Shown here: positions 27,348 through 39,405 of the stretch, piece by piece
How the letters are laid out: each line of letters begins with the position of its first letter
How positions within the stretch are numbered: the first letter of the stretch is position 1
Assembly (NCBI GenBank): GCA_002368195.1
Contig: AP018178.1
Location: 5,337,286 to 5,401,285 of the forward strand
Source: Calothrix sp. NIES-2100
GTDB taxonomy: Bacteria > Cyanobacteriota > Cyanobacteriia > Cyanobacteriales > Nostocaceae
Direction: 5' to 3'
DNA length: 64,000 nt
Notes under the pieces: model-generated
Database searches by the model: none
What the model saw: the letters and a program-made list of their open reading frames with translations, nothing else
Told to the model about the DNA's origin: nothing
Translations under genes and position numbers: made by a program

Positions 27348-30300
27348 ATGAATAATAGTCTGTTAATGCCTAATGTTGAAGAATTGCTAAAAAGAGCAAT
27401 AAATAACATCAGTGAATTCTTTACCTCTCCAGATTATGCTGAAAAGATGAATTTAGCATTTGGAGAGAAATGGGATGAAACAAAAGCTAAGAATGTAATT
27501 CAAGGATTAATAACCTATACAAACATCCCCGAAATTAAAATAGTTGAATCCTTAGAAATTAATGGAGGACAAGGTGCTTATGGCAGTGTTAAGCAAACGA
27601 TTTATTTATCGACAGCAATTTTAAATGACCCAGTCAAAAGTGTTGATGTCCTGATAGAAGAACTAGGGCATTTTATAGATTCGCAGATAAATATTCAAGA
27701 TGCTCAGGGCGATGAAGGAGCAATTTTTGCCGCAATAGTCCAAGGTAAAGAGCTAACGCCAACACAACTGGTAGGGTTGAAAAGTGAGAATGATACAACT
27801 AATGTCATCATCAATGGACAAGCCAGAACATTAGAGTTAGCCGCTACATACGGTAATATTACCCTCGATGGCAACTTAAGTGATTGGACATCAGCAGATA
27901 GATTAGATGATCTTCCTGGGACAAGAGTACCAGGATACGAACTCTATGGAAAGTACGCAGGTGATGCTTATGTTTTCGCCTTTAAATCGAATAGCGAACA
28001 GATAGGTGCGGGCGCAACATTATGGCTAAATACAGATAGAAATTCGCTCACAGGCTATCAAATATTTGGTTTAACGGGAATTGGGGGAGCAGAATATAAC
28101 GTCAACTTTTTTAGTGATGATAAACCCTATCTTTATACAGGTGCAGACGGAGAAAATTTTGTCACAGGTCCCTTAGACTATGGCTATGGTACGAATAATC
28201 AAATAGTCGAATTCGCCGTGCCCATATCTCTGCTCAATGGAGCGCCACAAGCAATTGATGTGGTAGTCGATATTAATAATGACACATTTTTACCATCTGA
28301 TTATTCTACGCAAAAATATACGGTTTATGCCACACCACCAGTTTTACCACCAAGGACAGATTTTAGTAAAAAGGTAGGCATAGTATTTTCGGAAACAACA
28401 GCGAAAAACTTCTTTCAAGATAAAGCGTATACCCAACTGTTCATGTCGATGCAAAGCCAAGCGATGCAGGCGGGTATACCCTTTGATATCCTCACGGAAG
28501 ATGACTTAACTGATATCAATAAAGTTGTCAATTATGATGCGCTAATCTTTCCCTACTTCGCAAATGTGCCTCTGGCGAAACTAGATGCTATTGAAAATAC
28601 ACTCACACATGCAGTGTATAACTATAACATCGGGATTATTACCGCCGGAGATTTCTTAACTAACGATGAAAATAATAATGCTTTAGCCGGAGATTCCTAC
28701 ATCCGGATGAAGCAGTTGTTGAATGTGACTAGAATTGGTGGTAGCCCCGAAAATATACTTGTAAATGGCATTCTCAACACTGAAGATATTACTCATCCAG
28801 TGATGAAAGGCTACTCTACTGATGAGGTAATTCGTACTTACAACAATATCACTTTTAATAGTTATGGTGATGCTGACCCTATAGATGATAAAGCACCTAT
28901 AGTTCTTGCAGATTTTGAGGTAAATGGGGAGAAGAACAATGCTGTTTTAGCGACGCAAACCGGAGGCAGAAATGTCCACTTTAGCACTCCGGGATTCATG
29001 GCTGATAACAATTTAGTCTGGCAAGCATTGCAATGGGCTGTTTTAGATAACAAACCCAAAGTGGCTTTAAACATGAGTCGGGATGAGAGTATTTTTATCT
29101 CTCGCAATGACATGGATCAGTCTCAGGAATATGCTGATGTTAATCCTTCAGGAACCACTCCAGGGATTTACGATAAACTGCTTCCCATCCTGACGCAATG
29201 GAAAAATGACTATAATTTTGTCGGCTCATACTATATTAATGTCGGTAACAATCCCGCAAATGAGCAATTTACTGATTGGAATATTTCCAAGCCTTACTAT
29301 GAGCAAATGCTGGCTCTGCAAAATGAAATTGGTACCCATTCTTATACTCACCCAGAATTTACTGATCAATTAACTGCTGCGCAATTGGAGTTTGAATTCA
29401 ACCAATCGAAATTAGTTATTGAGCAACAGTTAGGAATTCAAGTCAAAGGTGCAGCGATTCCCGGAAACCCAGAAGGTTTAGGAGTTTCCCAAGAACTTCA
29501 GAAATATTTATCTTATGTTTCTGGTGGATATGCCAGTGTGGGTGCAGGTTATCCCAATGCTTTTGGGTTTATGTTTCCGGGTAGTGATTATGTCTATTTT
29601 GCCCCGAACATGTCCTTCGACTTTTCCCTGGTGGAATTTCGCAAGTTAACACCACAACTAGCCGAAGCCGAATGGCTTAAAGAGTACACTGGGTTAACCA
29701 ATCATGCATCCCAAGCCATCATCCATTTTCCTTGGCATGATTATGCTCCGACAGTCTGGGATACAGATCCAGAGGATAACATCCCTTCGCCTTACACTCA
29801 GGCAATGTTTACTAATTTTATTGCCAGAGCGTACAACGATAATACGGAGTTTGTCACCGTTGCTGATTTGAGCGATCGCATCAAAACTTTTGAGAAATCA
29901 CAATTAACTCTCGATTATCCTAGTACAAATACTATTACTGCTACTGTTGCAGGAGTTACTGATGTAGGCACTTTTGGTCTGAATATTGATCCGACTCAAA
30001 CAATCCAGAGTGTCAATAACTGGTATGCTTACGATAAAGATACGGTATTTTTACCAGCTAATGGCGGTCAATTTACGATCAATTTGGGAACTCTTCAAGA
30101 TGATGTGACCCATATTATTGACCTACCCATGCGTGGCGAATTGAAGTCTGTTCTTGGGGATGGTACAGATTTAGAATTTACATTTTTTGGTGAGGGTAAA
30201 GTTGTCTTAGATTTAAAAAATCCTACTGGATTGAATATTGCTACTCAAGGTGCAAGTAATACGACTCTCAACGGTGAGATTCTTGAGATGAATTTTAGCG

Positions 30301-32801
30301 GTGTGAGTCTACATACTGGTAAAGTGACATTAGCTCCGGATACTCCCCCTACAGTAGCTAACCCAATTGCCGATGTCAGCGTACTTGAGGATGCCGCAAA
30401 TACTGTTATTAATTTAAGTAATGTCTTCACGGATATTGATAATGATCCTAGTGCAATTATCAAGACGATTCCAGCTAACAGCAACAGTAGTTTGGTTAAT
30501 GCCAGTATTGTTAACAATGAGTTGATTCTGGCTTATTTACCTAATCAATTTGGTACGGCAGAAATTACTATTAGCGGTACATCTCATGGCAAAACTGTTG
30601 ATAATACCTTTACAGTTAACGTTACTGCTGTGGATGATGCACCTATAGTAGCCAACCCTATCACAGATGTGAATAGTAGCGAAGATGCGCCTAACACTAT
30701 TATTGATTTAAGCCAGGTCTTCACTGACATTGATAACGATCCTATTGCAATTATCAAGACGCTTCAGGCTAACAGCAATAGTAGTTTAGTTAATGCGAGT
30801 ATTGATGGTAATAACTTAGTTCTGGCTTATTTACCTAATCAATTTGGTACGGCGGCAATTACCATTAGCGGTACATCTAATGGCAAAACTGTTGATCATA
30901 CCTTTACAGTTAATGTTGCTCCTGTGGATGATGCACCTACAGTAGCCAACCCTATTGTGGATGTGAATAGTAGTGAAGATGCACCTAACACCATTATTGA
31001 TTTAAGCCAGGTCTTCACTGATATTGATAATGATCCTAGTGCAATTATCAAGACGCTTTCAGCTAATAGCAACAGTAGTTTAGTTAATGCCAGCATTGTT
31101 AATAATGCCTTGATTTTTGCTTATCAACCTAACCAATTTGGGACGGCGGCAATTACTATTAATGGCATATCCAACGGCAAAACCGTCGATAATACCTTTA
31201 CAGTTAACGTTGTGCCTGTAGATGATGCGCCGATTGTGGTTACTCCAATTGCCGATATTTTTGTTAATCAAGGTTCTGCTAACACAATTATTAATTTAGG
31301 CAGTGTCTTTACTGATATTGATAATGATCCGACTGCCATCACTAAGGCGGTTGTGACTAATAGCAATAACACCTTGGTTAATGCCAGTATTGTGGGTAAT
31401 TCTTTAACACTGCAATATTTACCCAATCAGTTTGGTACTGCACAAGTTACTGTTCGTGGTAATTCTAACGATTTAACTGTTGATGATACTTTTAGTGTGA
31501 CTGTCAATCCCGTGGGTAATATCATTAACGGTACGGATGCAAACAACATCATTGCAGGTACTTCAGCTAGAGATATCATTAGCGGATTTGGCGGTGACGA
31601 TAGCATTGATGGGAAAGCGGGAAATGATGTGATTTATGCTGGTGATGGCAACGATACTCTGATTGGTGGTACTGGCAATGATAGTCTCTATGGTGGAGTT
31701 GGCAACGATAAGTATACGGTGGATAGTTTAGGAGATGTAATCATTGAAAACATCAATTCAGGCATAGATACCGTTAGTGCCTCAATTAGCTACACTTTGG
31801 CAGATAACGTTGAAAATCTCACCTTAACTGGTACATCAGCTATCAACGGTATCGGTAACAATCTTAATAACATCCTCACTGGGAACGCTGGTAATAACAT
31901 CCTCACTGGAAACGCTGGCAATGATAGCCTCAACGGTGGTGCTGGCGATGATATCCTGAATGGCGATGATGGCGACGATAGTTTGATTGGTGGCACTGGT
32001 AATGATACTCTCTACGGTGGAGTTGGCAACGATAGCTATACAGTGGATAGTATAGGAGATGCGATCGCTGAAAACGTTAATTCAGGCATAGATACCGTTA
32101 GTGCCTCAATTAGCTACACTTTGACAGATAACGTTGAAAATCTCACTTTAACAGGTACATTAGCTACTGAGGGTATAGGTAATAATCTCAACAATAATAT
32201 TACTGGGAACGCTGCTAATAACATCCTCACTGGGAACGCTGGCAATGACATCCTCACTGGGAACGCTGGCGATGATATCCTGAATGGTGGTGATGGCGAT
32301 GATCAACTCAAGGCTGGCGTGGGTAACGATATACTCTATGGTGATATCGGTAACGATCTGCTAGATGGTGGTGACAATAATGATACTTTGTACGCTGGTC
32401 GAGGTAATGATAGTGTCTTGGGTGGTAAGGGTATCGATACTCTCATTGGTGTAAACCCCAACGATATCTTGGCAGGAGCAGGAGAGATTGATACCTTAAC
32501 TGGTGGTACAGAGGCTGATTTATTTATTCTAGGCGATCGCAATCAGGCTTACTACAATGATGGAAATAATGCCAACCTAGGGTTAGGTGATTATGCGCTG
32601 ATTACTGACTTCCGTATTGCTCAAGGAGATAAGATCCAACTCTTTGGCAATTCTAGTAACTATTTCTTAGGTGCTTCCCCAACTGGCTTACCTACAGGTA
32701 GAGCAATTTTCCTGAAAACTTCTAATCAAAATGAATTGATTGCAATTGTTCAAGGAGATACTAGTGTGACTGCTATTACTAGCGGCTTGAGCTTTGTTTA
32801 A
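27348..32801 (+). CDS. Giant secreted multidomain protein, paralogue 2 (1817 aa). Same architecture with 5 cadherin-like repeats and an expanded, internally duplicated RTX region.
   Basis: Near-identical to paralogue 1 over the first ~1000 aa (identical stretches such as gaaaataataatgctttagccggagattcctacatccggatgaagcagttgttgaatgtgactagaa in both). Five ~95-aa DDAP repeats 30340..31500. Duplicated block YTVDS(L/I)GD...[14 protein letters not shown](A/T)[11 protein letters not shown]. Confidence 0.8.
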   Translation: MNNSLLMPNVEELLKRAINNISEFFTSPDYAEKMNLAFGEKWDETKAKNVIQGLITYTNIPEIKIVESLEINGGQGAYGSVKQTIYLSTAILNDPVKSVDVLIEELGHFIDSQINIQDAQGDEGAIFAAIVQGKELTPTQLVGLKSENDTTNVIINGQARTLELAATYGNITLDGNLSDWTSADRLDDLPGTRVPGYELYGKYAGDAYVFAFKSNSEQIGAGATLWLNTDRNSLTGYQIFGLTGIGGAEYNVNFFSDDKPYLYTGADGENFVTGPLDYGYGTNNQIVEFAVPISLLNGAPQAIDVVVDINNDTFLPSDYSTQKYTVYATPPVLPPRTDFSKKVGIVFSETTAKNFFQDKAYTQLFMSMQSQAMQAGIPFDILTEDDLTDINKVVNYDALIFPYFANVPLAKLDAIENTLTHAVYNYNIGIITAGDFLTNDENNNALAGDSYIRMKQLLNVTRIGGSPENILVNGILNTEDITHPVMKGYSTDEVIRTYNNITFNSYGDADPIDDKAPIVLADFEVNGEKNNAVLATQTGGRNVHFSTPGFMADNNLVWQALQWAVLDNKPKVALNMSRDESIFISRNDMDQSQEYADVNPSGTTPGIYDKLLPILTQWKNDYNFVGSYYINVGNNPANEQFTDWNISKPYYEQMLALQNEIGTHSYTHPEFTDQLTAAQLEFEFNQSKLVIEQQLGIQVKGAAIPGNPEGLGVSQELQKYLSYVSGGYASVGAGYPNAFGFMFPGSDYVYFAPNMSFDFSLVEFRKLTPQLAEAEWLKEYTGLTNHASQAIIHFPWHDYAPTVWDTDPEDNIPSPYTQAMFTNFIARAYNDNTEFVTVADLSDRIKTFEKSQLTLDYPSTNTITATVAGVTDVGTFGLNIDPTQTIQSVNNWYAYDKDTVFLPANGGQFTINLGTLQDDVTHIIDLPMRGELKSVLGDGTDLEFTFFGEGKVVLDLKNPTGLNIATQGASNTTLNGEILEMNFSGVSLHTGKVTLAPDTPPTVANPIADVSVLEDAANTVINLSNVFTDIDNDPSAIIKTIPANSNSSLVNASIVNNELILAYLPNQFGTAEITISGTSHGKTVDNTFTVNVTAVDDAPIVANPITDVNSSEDAPNTIIDLSQVFTDIDNDPIAIIKTLQANSNSSLVNASIDGNNLVLAYLPNQFGTAAITISGTSNGKTVDHTFTVNVAPVDDAPTVANPIVDVNSSEDAPNTIIDLSQVFTDIDNDPSAIIKTLSANSNSSLVNASIVNNALIFAYQPNQFGTAAITINGISNGKTVDNTFTVNVVPVDDAPIVVTPIADIFVNQGSANTIINLGSVFTDIDNDPTAITKAVVTNSNNTLVNASIVGNSLTLQYLPNQFGTAQVTVRGNSNDLTVDDTFSVTVNPVGNIINGTDANNIIAGTSARDIISGFGGDDSIDGKAGNDVIYAGDGNDTLIGGTGNDSLYGGVGNDKYTVDSLGDVIIENINSGIDTVSASISYTLADNVENLTLTGTSAINGIGNNLNNILTGNAGNNILTGNAGNDSLNGGAGDDILNGDDGDDSLIGGTGNDTLYGGVGNDSYTVDSIGDAIAENVNSGIDTVSASISYTLTDNVENLTLTGTLATEGIGNNLNNNITGNAANNILTGNAGNDILTGNAGDDILNGGDGDDQLKAGVGNDILYGDIGNDLLDGGDNNDTLYAGRGNDSVLGGKGIDTLIGVNPNDILAGAGEIDTLTGGTEADLFILGDRNQAYYNDGNNANLGLGDYALITDFRIAQGDKIQLFGNSSNYFLGASPTGLPTGRAIFLKTSNQNELIAIVQGDTSVTAITSGLSFV

Positions 32802-32830
32802 CAACTTATAGCATTGAGATTGGTTGATTA

Positions 32831-32861
32831 ACTCAACAGAGAAACTTTACCTCTGTTGAGT
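32831..32861 (+). terminator. Conserved stem-loop downstream of paralogue 2 (perfect 11-bp stem actcaacagag / ctctgttgagt, 9-nt loop).
   Basis: Seen directly. There is no U-tract, so it may be an RNA stability or processing element rather than an intrinsic terminator. Confidence 0.4.
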
Positions 32862-33053
32862 CCACTAAAACAAAGTTGCACACAAGCTAGCAATTGCACC
32901 GATCGCAGTCAGCAGCGAAAATCAAGATTTTGCAATTGTATACCTACCCAAAAACATTTGGGATTTCTCTGAATCAACCGTAGTTTACTGTGTTATTAAA
33001 TATTGCACAGTAGTTATTTTTTTTACTTTATATGTTTTAAAAGTGAAATTATT

Positions 33054-36000
33054 ATGAGTAATGAACTGCTGAAGAACAACCTGGAAGAGATTTTAAAAAG
33101 AGCAATAAATAATATTAGTGAATTCTTCAGATCTGCTGATTATACGTCCAAAATGAACCTAGCATTTGGGGAGAAGTGGAATAAAGAGAAAGCCAAGAAT
33201 GTCATTACTGGAATCATCAACTATACAAACTTACCAGAAGTAAAAATAGTTGAGCCTGTAGAAATAAATGGAGGAAAAGGAGCATTTGGTAGTTTTAACA
33301 ACACAATTTATTTATCCTCAGCAATTTTAAATGATGCAGGTAAAAGTGTTGGTGTTCTCATAGAAGAATTAGGACATTATATAGATTCGCAGATAAATAG
33401 AGAAGATGCACAGGGCGATGAAGGAGCAATTTTTACAGCAATAGTCCAAGGTAAAGAGCTAACTCCAACTCAACTCTTAGGCTTGAAAAGTGAGAATGAT
33501 ACAACTAATGTCATCATCAATGGACAAGCCAGAACATTAGAGTTAGCCGCTACATACGGTAATATTAGCCTGGATGGCAACTTAAGTGATTGGACATCAG
33601 CAGATAGATTAGATGATCTTCCTGGGACAAGAGTACCAGGATACGAACTCTATGGAAAGTATGCAGGTGATGCTTATGTTTTCGCCTTTAAATCGAGTAA
33701 TGAACAGATAGGTGCGGGCACAACCTTATGGCTGAATACAGATAGAAATTCGCTCACAGGCTATCAAATATTTGGCTTAACGGGAATTGGGGGAGCAGAA
33801 TATAACGTCAACTTCTTTAGTAATGATAAACCCTATCTTTATACAGGTGCAGACGGAGAAAATTTTGTCAAAGGTCCATTAAACTATGCCTATGGTACTA
33901 ATAATCAAATCGTCGAATTCGCAGTCCCAATATCCCTCCTGAATGGAGCGCCACAGGCAATTGATGTGGTGGTCGATATTAATAACAAAACATTTTTACC
34001 CTCTGATTATTCTACGCAAAAATATACGGTTTATGCGACACCATCAGTTTTACCAGCAAGAACAGATTTTAGTAAAAAGGTAGGCATAGTATTTTCCGAA
34101 ACAACAGCGAAAAACTTCTTTCAAGACAAAGCGTATACCCAACTGTTCCTGTCGATGCAAAGCCAAGCGATGCAGGCGGGTATACCCTTTGATATTCTCA
34201 CCGAAAATGACTTGACAGACCTGAGTAAGGTTGTTAATTATGATGCGCTGATATTTCCTTCTTTCCGAAATGTGCCTCTGGCAAAGCTGGATGCAATTCA
34301 AAATACACTCACACAAGCAGTCTACAAATATAATATTGGACTGATTACTGCTGGAGATTTCTTAACTAACGATGAAAATAATAAGGCTTTAGCCGGAGAT
34401 TCATACATCCGGATGAAGCAGTTGTTGAATGTGACTAGAACTGGTGGCGGTGGGCCTGTTAATGGGATTCTCAACGCTGAGGATATTGCTCATCCAGTGA
34501 TGCAAGGTTACTCTACGGACGAGGCGATTCGTAGTTATAACGGCATTTTTTTTAATAGCTATGGTGATGCAGATACTACAGACAATAAAACACCCACAGT
34601 CCTCGCAGATTTTTTGGTAAATGGGGTAAAGAACAATGCTGTACTAGCGACGCAAACCGGTGGTAGAAACGTGCATTTTGCCACTGAAGGATTCATGGGT
34701 GATAACAATTTAGTCTGGCAAGCATTGCAATGGGCTGTGTTAGATAATAAACCCAAAGTGGCTTTAAACATGAGTCGGGATGCGAGTATTTTTATCTCTC
34801 GCAATGACATGGATCAGTCTCAGGAATCTTTAGATGTCAATCCTGAAGGTAATACTCCAGGGATTTACGATCGCCTGCTGCCGATTCTGAGCCAATGGAA
34901 AAACGACTATAATTTTGTCGGCTCATACTACATTAATGTCGGTAACAATCGCGCGGATGAGCAATTTACCGATTGGACTGTCTCCAAGCCTTACTATAAC
35001 CAAATCCTAGCACTCCAAAATGAAATTGGTACCCATTCCTATACGCACCCAGAATTCACCGATCAATTAACTCCCGCACAATTGGAGTTTGAATTTAATC
35101 AATCAAAATCAATCATCTCCCAAAGGTTAAGAGTTCCAGTCGTAGGTGCAGCAATTCCGGGAAACCCAGAAGGTTTAGGAGTTTCCCAAGAACTTCAGAA
35201 ATACTTATCCTATGTTTCTGGTGGATATGCCAGTGTCGGTGCAGGTTATCCCAATGCTTTTGGCTTCATGTTTCCGGGTAGCGATTATGTCTACTTTGCG
35301 CCAAACATGTCCTTTGACTTTTCCTTGGTGGAGTTTCGTAAGTTAACACCACAACAAGCCTCTGCTGAATGGATTAAAGAATACACTGGCTTAACCAATC
35401 ACGCCGCCCAAGCAATCATCCATTTTCCTTGGCACGATTATGGCCCGACATTGTGGGATACAGATCCAGAGGATAACATCCCCTCGCCTTACACTGAGGC
35501 AATGTTTACGAATTTTATTGCCCAGGCATACAACGATAATACGGAATTTGTTACCGTCGCCGATTTAAGTAACCGCATCAAAACCTTTGAGAAATCACAG
35601 TTATTTATTGATAGTAGTGGCAATACGATTACGGCTAATGTTGTGGCTACTAATGTGGGCACTTTTGGTTTGAATGTCGAGCCTACTCAAACGATTCAAA
35701 GTGTGAATAATTGGTATGCTTACGATAAAGATACGGTATTTTTACCTGCCAATGGCGGTCAATTTACGATTAATTTGGGCACAATTGCAGATGATGTTAC
35801 CCATATTATTGACTTGCCCATGCGTGCCCAACTCACGTCTACTGTTGGTAATGGCACAGATTTAGAATTTTCCTTCTTTGGTGAGGGGAAAGTTGTCTTA
35901 GATTTAAAAAATCCCACGGGATTGAATCTTGTGACTGAAGGTGCAAGCACGACAACTCTCAAGGGTGAGATTCTCGAGATGAATTTCAATGGTCTTACCC

Positions 36001-36794
36001 AACATACTGGTAAGGTGAAATTAACTCCAAATGGTCTGCCGATAGGTGGCAATATCATTAATGGTACGGCTGCAAACGACAACATTCAAGGTACTTCAGG
36101 TAGAGATATCATTAGCGGATTTGGCGGTGACGACACCATCGATGGCAGACAAGGTAATGATGTGATTTATGGTGGTGATGGTAAGGATAATCTTCGGGGA
36201 AACATAGGGGATGATTTGATTTATGGGGACGCTGATAATGACACTATAGATGGTGGAGATAATAACGATACCTTATATGGCGGTGATGGCGACGATCAAC
36301 TCAAGGGTGCTAAGGGTGATGACATACTCTATGGCGATATCGGTAACGATAAACTAGACGGTTTAGACGATAATGATACTTTGTATGGTGGTAAAGGTAA
36401 TGATGATGTCAGGGGTGGTAAAGGTGTAGATACTCTTGTGGGTGTAGATCCCAAGGATATATTGGCAGGAGTAGGGGAGATTGATAAGTTAAGTGGTGGC
36501 GAGGAAGGTGATTTATTTATTCTTGGCGATCGCAATCAGGCTTACTACAATGATGGAAATAATACCAACTTGGGGTTAGGTGACTATGTGCTGATTACTG
36601 ATTTCAATAGCCAAGAGGGAGATAAAATCCAACTCTATGGTAGTGCTGATAACTATTTCTTAGGTGCTTCACCAAAAGGCTTACCTAAAGGTACGGCGAT
36701 TTTCTTGAGAACTTCCAATCAAAATGAATTGATTGCAATTGTTCAAGGAGATACTAATGTCAATAGTATTAGTAGCACCTTCAAATTTATGTAG
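33054..36794 (+). CDS. Giant secreted multidomain protein, paralogue 3 (about 1247 aa from MSNELL). Same N-terminal modules, no cadherin-like repeats, RTX repeats, same C-terminal domain.
   Basis: Start moved to ATG 33054 ([25 protein letters not shown] aligns with [25 protein letters not shown] of paralogue 1). The track start 33003 adds a hydrophobic nonsense leader. Confidence 0.8.
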   Translation: MSNELLKNNLEEILKRAINNISEFFRSADYTSKMNLAFGEKWNKEKAKNVITGIINYTNLPEVKIVEPVEINGGKGAFGSFNNTIYLSSAILNDAGKSVGVLIEELGHYIDSQINREDAQGDEGAIFTAIVQGKELTPTQLLGLKSENDTTNVIINGQARTLELAATYGNISLDGNLSDWTSADRLDDLPGTRVPGYELYGKYAGDAYVFAFKSSNEQIGAGTTLWLNTDRNSLTGYQIFGLTGIGGAEYNVNFFSNDKPYLYTGADGENFVKGPLNYAYGTNNQIVEFAVPISLLNGAPQAIDVVVDINNKTFLPSDYSTQKYTVYATPSVLPARTDFSKKVGIVFSETTAKNFFQDKAYTQLFLSMQSQAMQAGIPFDILTENDLTDLSKVVNYDALIFPSFRNVPLAKLDAIQNTLTQAVYKYNIGLITAGDFLTNDENNKALAGDSYIRMKQLLNVTRTGGGGPVNGILNAEDIAHPVMQGYSTDEAIRSYNGIFFNSYGDADTTDNKTPTVLADFLVNGVKNNAVLATQTGGRNVHFATEGFMGDNNLVWQALQWAVLDNKPKVALNMSRDASIFISRNDMDQSQESLDVNPEGNTPGIYDRLLPILSQWKNDYNFVGSYYINVGNNRADEQFTDWTVSKPYYNQILALQNEIGTHSYTHPEFTDQLTPAQLEFEFNQSKSIISQRLRVPVVGAAIPGNPEGLGVSQELQKYLSYVSGGYASVGAGYPNAFGFMFPGSDYVYFAPNMSFDFSLVEFRKLTPQQASAEWIKEYTGLTNHAAQAIIHFPWHDYGPTLWDTDPEDNIPSPYTEAMFTNFIAQAYNDNTEFVTVADLSNRIKTFEKSQLFIDSSGNTITANVVATNVGTFGLNVEPTQTIQSVNNWYAYDKDTVFLPANGGQFTINLGTIADDVTHIIDLPMRAQLTSTVGNGTDLEFSFFGEGKVVLDLKNPTGLNLVTEGASTTTLKGEILEMNFNGLTQHTGKVKLTPNGLPIGGNIINGTAANDNIQGTSGRDIISGFGGDDTIDGRQGNDVIYGGDGKDNLRGNIGDDLIYGDADNDTIDGGDNNDTLYGGDGDDQLKGAKGDDILYGDIGNDKLDGLDDNDTLYGGKGNDDVRGGKGVDTLVGVDPKDILAGVGEIDKLSGGEEGDLFILGDRNQAYYNDGNNTNLGLGDYVLITDFNSQEGDKIQLYGSADNYFLGASPKGLPKGTAIFLRTSNQNELIAIVQGDTNVNSISSTFKFM

Positions 36795-36847
36795 CGAATA
36801 ATTCATAGCTTTTTAATGTTTTTTCTTAATTTGTGGGATGTTTAATT

Positions 36848-36885
36848 CATACAGAGTGGGCACTTAATTGTAAGTGTTCACTCTG
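36848..36885 (+). terminator. Conserved stem-loop downstream of paralogue 3 (acagagtg ... cactctgt).
   Basis: Seen directly. Same family as 27123..27170 and 32831..32861. Confidence 0.35.
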
Positions 36886-36987
36886 TTGCAGTATTAAAAA
36901 AGCGGCTACCCGCAGGATATATAAACTGTGGGTTGCAAAGAGTAAAAGGCTTTTAAATTTGGCATACACATAAAATTACATAAAATT

Positions 36988-38535
36988 ATGATTTCACAAG
37001 AGCAAAAAATATTAGAGCTAGTTAGCGCTATTGAAGAAATTACTGCGGAACCTGCTGATTTTTGGCAAATAACGGCAATTATAGAATCATTAGGTTATAC
37101 CGATAGATTTATTCGCCAGGAATTTGGGTTTCCAGATGCTTTATCTCTGGCTAAGTATGTTTACGAGCATCACAATTTCTCGCCAGCATCGAAATCAATA
37201 TCACCGCGAAAAAATACTTTGCGGAATATTATTAAGGAGATTCAAATATTCGTTGAGCAATTCTCACAAAGTTTTGTTTTTGCTCTACCGTTGCTGCTGA
37301 TATTGCTGTTAGAGTCTGTCCAGATAGATAATCAATCTCAACTATTACCACCGGAACTTGCATCACTGATCACTTTGGCAACTATGGCAAGTCTCACTAT
37401 TAGTGGGGGATTTGTACAAATGATTAGCCGAAGGGGAGAGTTTTATCTGAAGTTGGGTGAGCCAATGCAAGCTAGAAGAGTTTGTTTCCCAATTATTTAT
37501 TTAGGTGCGGCTACTAGTATTATCTTGGGTTTATTTGGGCTATGGTTTGGTTTTTATCAAGGTCAGTTTGCTGATGAATATTTGATTCTGGCTGCTTTGT
37601 ATTATCTAGTGCTGAGTTTACTCTGGATGCTGTTAGCGGCCGTGGCGATTCAATTACGCTGGTGTACACCAATAATTATGTTGGGTTTAAGCATACTGTT
37701 TGTGTTTTTAAGAGTTTGGGTGAATATAGATGCACTGACAGCCCAAATCATTAGTATGTTTGCCACTTTATTAGTAGTAAGCTGCTTAGTTGGATTTGGA
37801 TTTGGTAAAGATAAGAAAACAGGTCAAAGTAGTGGCGCGAAAGTTCCCTTACCTCGCTTGAGTGCCCTGGTATACTTATTAGCTCCTTATTTCTTTTACG
37901 GCATAGCTTATTTTAGTTTTATTTTTGGCGATCGCATGGTGGCAGGTTGGGCTGTAAATCCTGCTTCTGGGCTAGTTTTTGCGATTAATGCTGATTATCA
38001 ACGGGCGATGGATTTAGCCCTAGTGAATTTTCTGTTGCTGGTGCCACTAGTTGAATATTTAAGTTATCGATTTATTAGTTACTGGTTTGGAAAGTCAAAA
38101 AATCTGAATGGTGAAAACCTGACTAAATTTTATCGAAAATTGTTTTATCGCTACTGGTTAACTGTTGCGTTAACTGTGATATTTTTTGGACTATGTATGG
38201 CTGGCACATTTGGATTTTTAAAACCAGCAAGTTGGAGTACACAGATAAATTTACAGTCTTTGTTTGGCTGCTTAGGTTATTTGTTTTTTGTCATCGGGTT
38301 ATTGAATGCGATATTGTTGTTTAGTTTGAATCAAGCAGCTATGGTAGTTAAAAGTATTATCCCTGCTTTGATACTAAATTTGACTTTGGGTTACATCTTG
38401 GCGCATGTTATTAGTCCAGATTGTGCTGTGATTGGTTTAGTCACTGCTGCTGCTTTGTTTATGTTGCGCTCAACTTATAAAGTTTTGCAAGCGATGAAAC
38501 AACTTGACTATATATATTATGTTGCTGGATATTAA
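36988..38535 (+). CDS. Polytopic membrane protein (about 12 TM, 515 aa) with about 95-aa cytoplasmic N-terminus. Possible polysaccharide exporter/flippase-like (PST/MATE-like, PelG-like size).
   Basis: Hydrophobicity pattern only. No diagnostic motif recognised. Confidence 0.45.
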   Translation: MISQEQKILELVSAIEEITAEPADFWQITAIIESLGYTDRFIRQEFGFPDALSLAKYVYEHHNFSPASKSISPRKNTLRNIIKEIQIFVEQFSQSFVFALPLLLILLLESVQIDNQSQLLPPELASLITLATMASLTISGGFVQMISRRGEFYLKLGEPMQARRVCFPIIYLGAATSIILGLFGLWFGFYQGQFADEYLILAALYYLVLSLLWMLLAAVAIQLRWCTPIIMLGLSILFVFLRVWVNIDALTAQIISMFATLLVVSCLVGFGFGKDKKTGQSSGAKVPLPRLSALVYLLAPYFFYGIAYFSFIFGDRMVAGWAVNPASGLVFAINADYQRAMDLALVNFLLLVPLVEYLSYRFISYWFGKSKNLNGENLTKFYRKLFYRYWLTVALTVIFFGLCMAGTFGFLKPASWSTQINLQSLFGCLGYLFFVIGLLNAILLFSLNQAAMVVKSIIPALILNLTLGYILAHVISPDCAVIGLVTAAALFMLRSTYKVLQAMKQLDYIYYVAGY

Positions 38536-38754
38536 GGAGGGGTTAGGGGGATGAGGGAGATGAGGTAGAAGTGAAAATTATGATTTTTATGTCCTCGTTG
38601 TGTGATTTATCACATTAGTGTCTAGCTTGAAAATAGGGGCGGGATAAATTTTCATGTTTGATTGTGGGATTTTCCCGTGATTAGCTGACTTGCAAAAGCT
38701 AAACTATGTCTATTACATTGTGAATGACCGAACGTTTGGGATATTGATCATCTA

Positions 38755-39405
38755 GTGATAGCTACAACTCCTAAAGATAAACTACCTTCTAGAGGTGATA
38801 GGGACAGTCGAGAGGCGATCCTGAAAGTTGCCCTCCAGCTATTCACCCAAAAAGGTTATGAAGGTACTTCAATCGAGGATATTCGTAAGGCGGCAGGGTT
38901 TAAGTCAAAAGCTAGTCTTTATAACCACTTTAAAAGTAAAGAAGAGGTTGTCAATGCTCTCACAACCAGGATTCTGGCACAGATAGAGAAAATTATCCTC
39001 ACAGCCTACCAATCAGCAACATCTGACCCTCTTGCACAAATTATCGCAGTTCTACAAGCTTTTATTCAGTGGGGACTAACCCATCGCCAGGAATGCGTAT
39101 TCCGTAGCATTCGGGCGCATGAGGAAAGAATGCTCACTGGACAATATGACTATCAAGGTGTAAATCGCTCCGTAATTTATCCTTTGTTACCAAATATTAT
39201 TCAACAACTCCGCGCCACCTATCCTGTACGCCAAATCACGGATTCCGCCTTATATCACATGATTATGGGCGCAATCTATAGAGCCATACTTGACCAAAAT
39301 ACCTTCGGCGAAATCAGTATTTCAGAGCAAACAGAGCAGATATTGCAAGTGTGTTTGGGGATTATATTTAGCAAATCAGTTACAGATTTCAGTAAATTTT
39401 CGTAA
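38755..39405 (+). CDS. TetR/AcrR-family transcriptional regulator, 216 aa.
   Basis: N-terminal HTH REAILKVALQLFTQKGYEGTSIEDIRKAAGFKSKASLYNHF is the canonical TetR_N. Confidence 0.85.
   Translation: MIATTPKDKLPSRGDRDSREAILKVALQLFTQKGYEGTSIEDIRKAAGFKSKASLYNHFKSKEEVVNALTTRILAQIEKIILTAYQSATSDPLAQIIAVLQAFIQWGLTHRQECVFRSIRAHEERMLTGQYDYQGVNRSVIYPLLPNIIQQLRATYPVRQITDSALYHMIMGAIYRAILDQNTFGEISISEQTEQILQVCLGIIFSKSVTDFSKFS

Noticed and set aside
33003-33053. Track start 33003 for paralogue 3.
   Set aside because: It adds MHSSYFFYFICFKSEII, which has no counterpart in paralogues 1 and 2. The ATG at 33054 aligns exactly with their starts.
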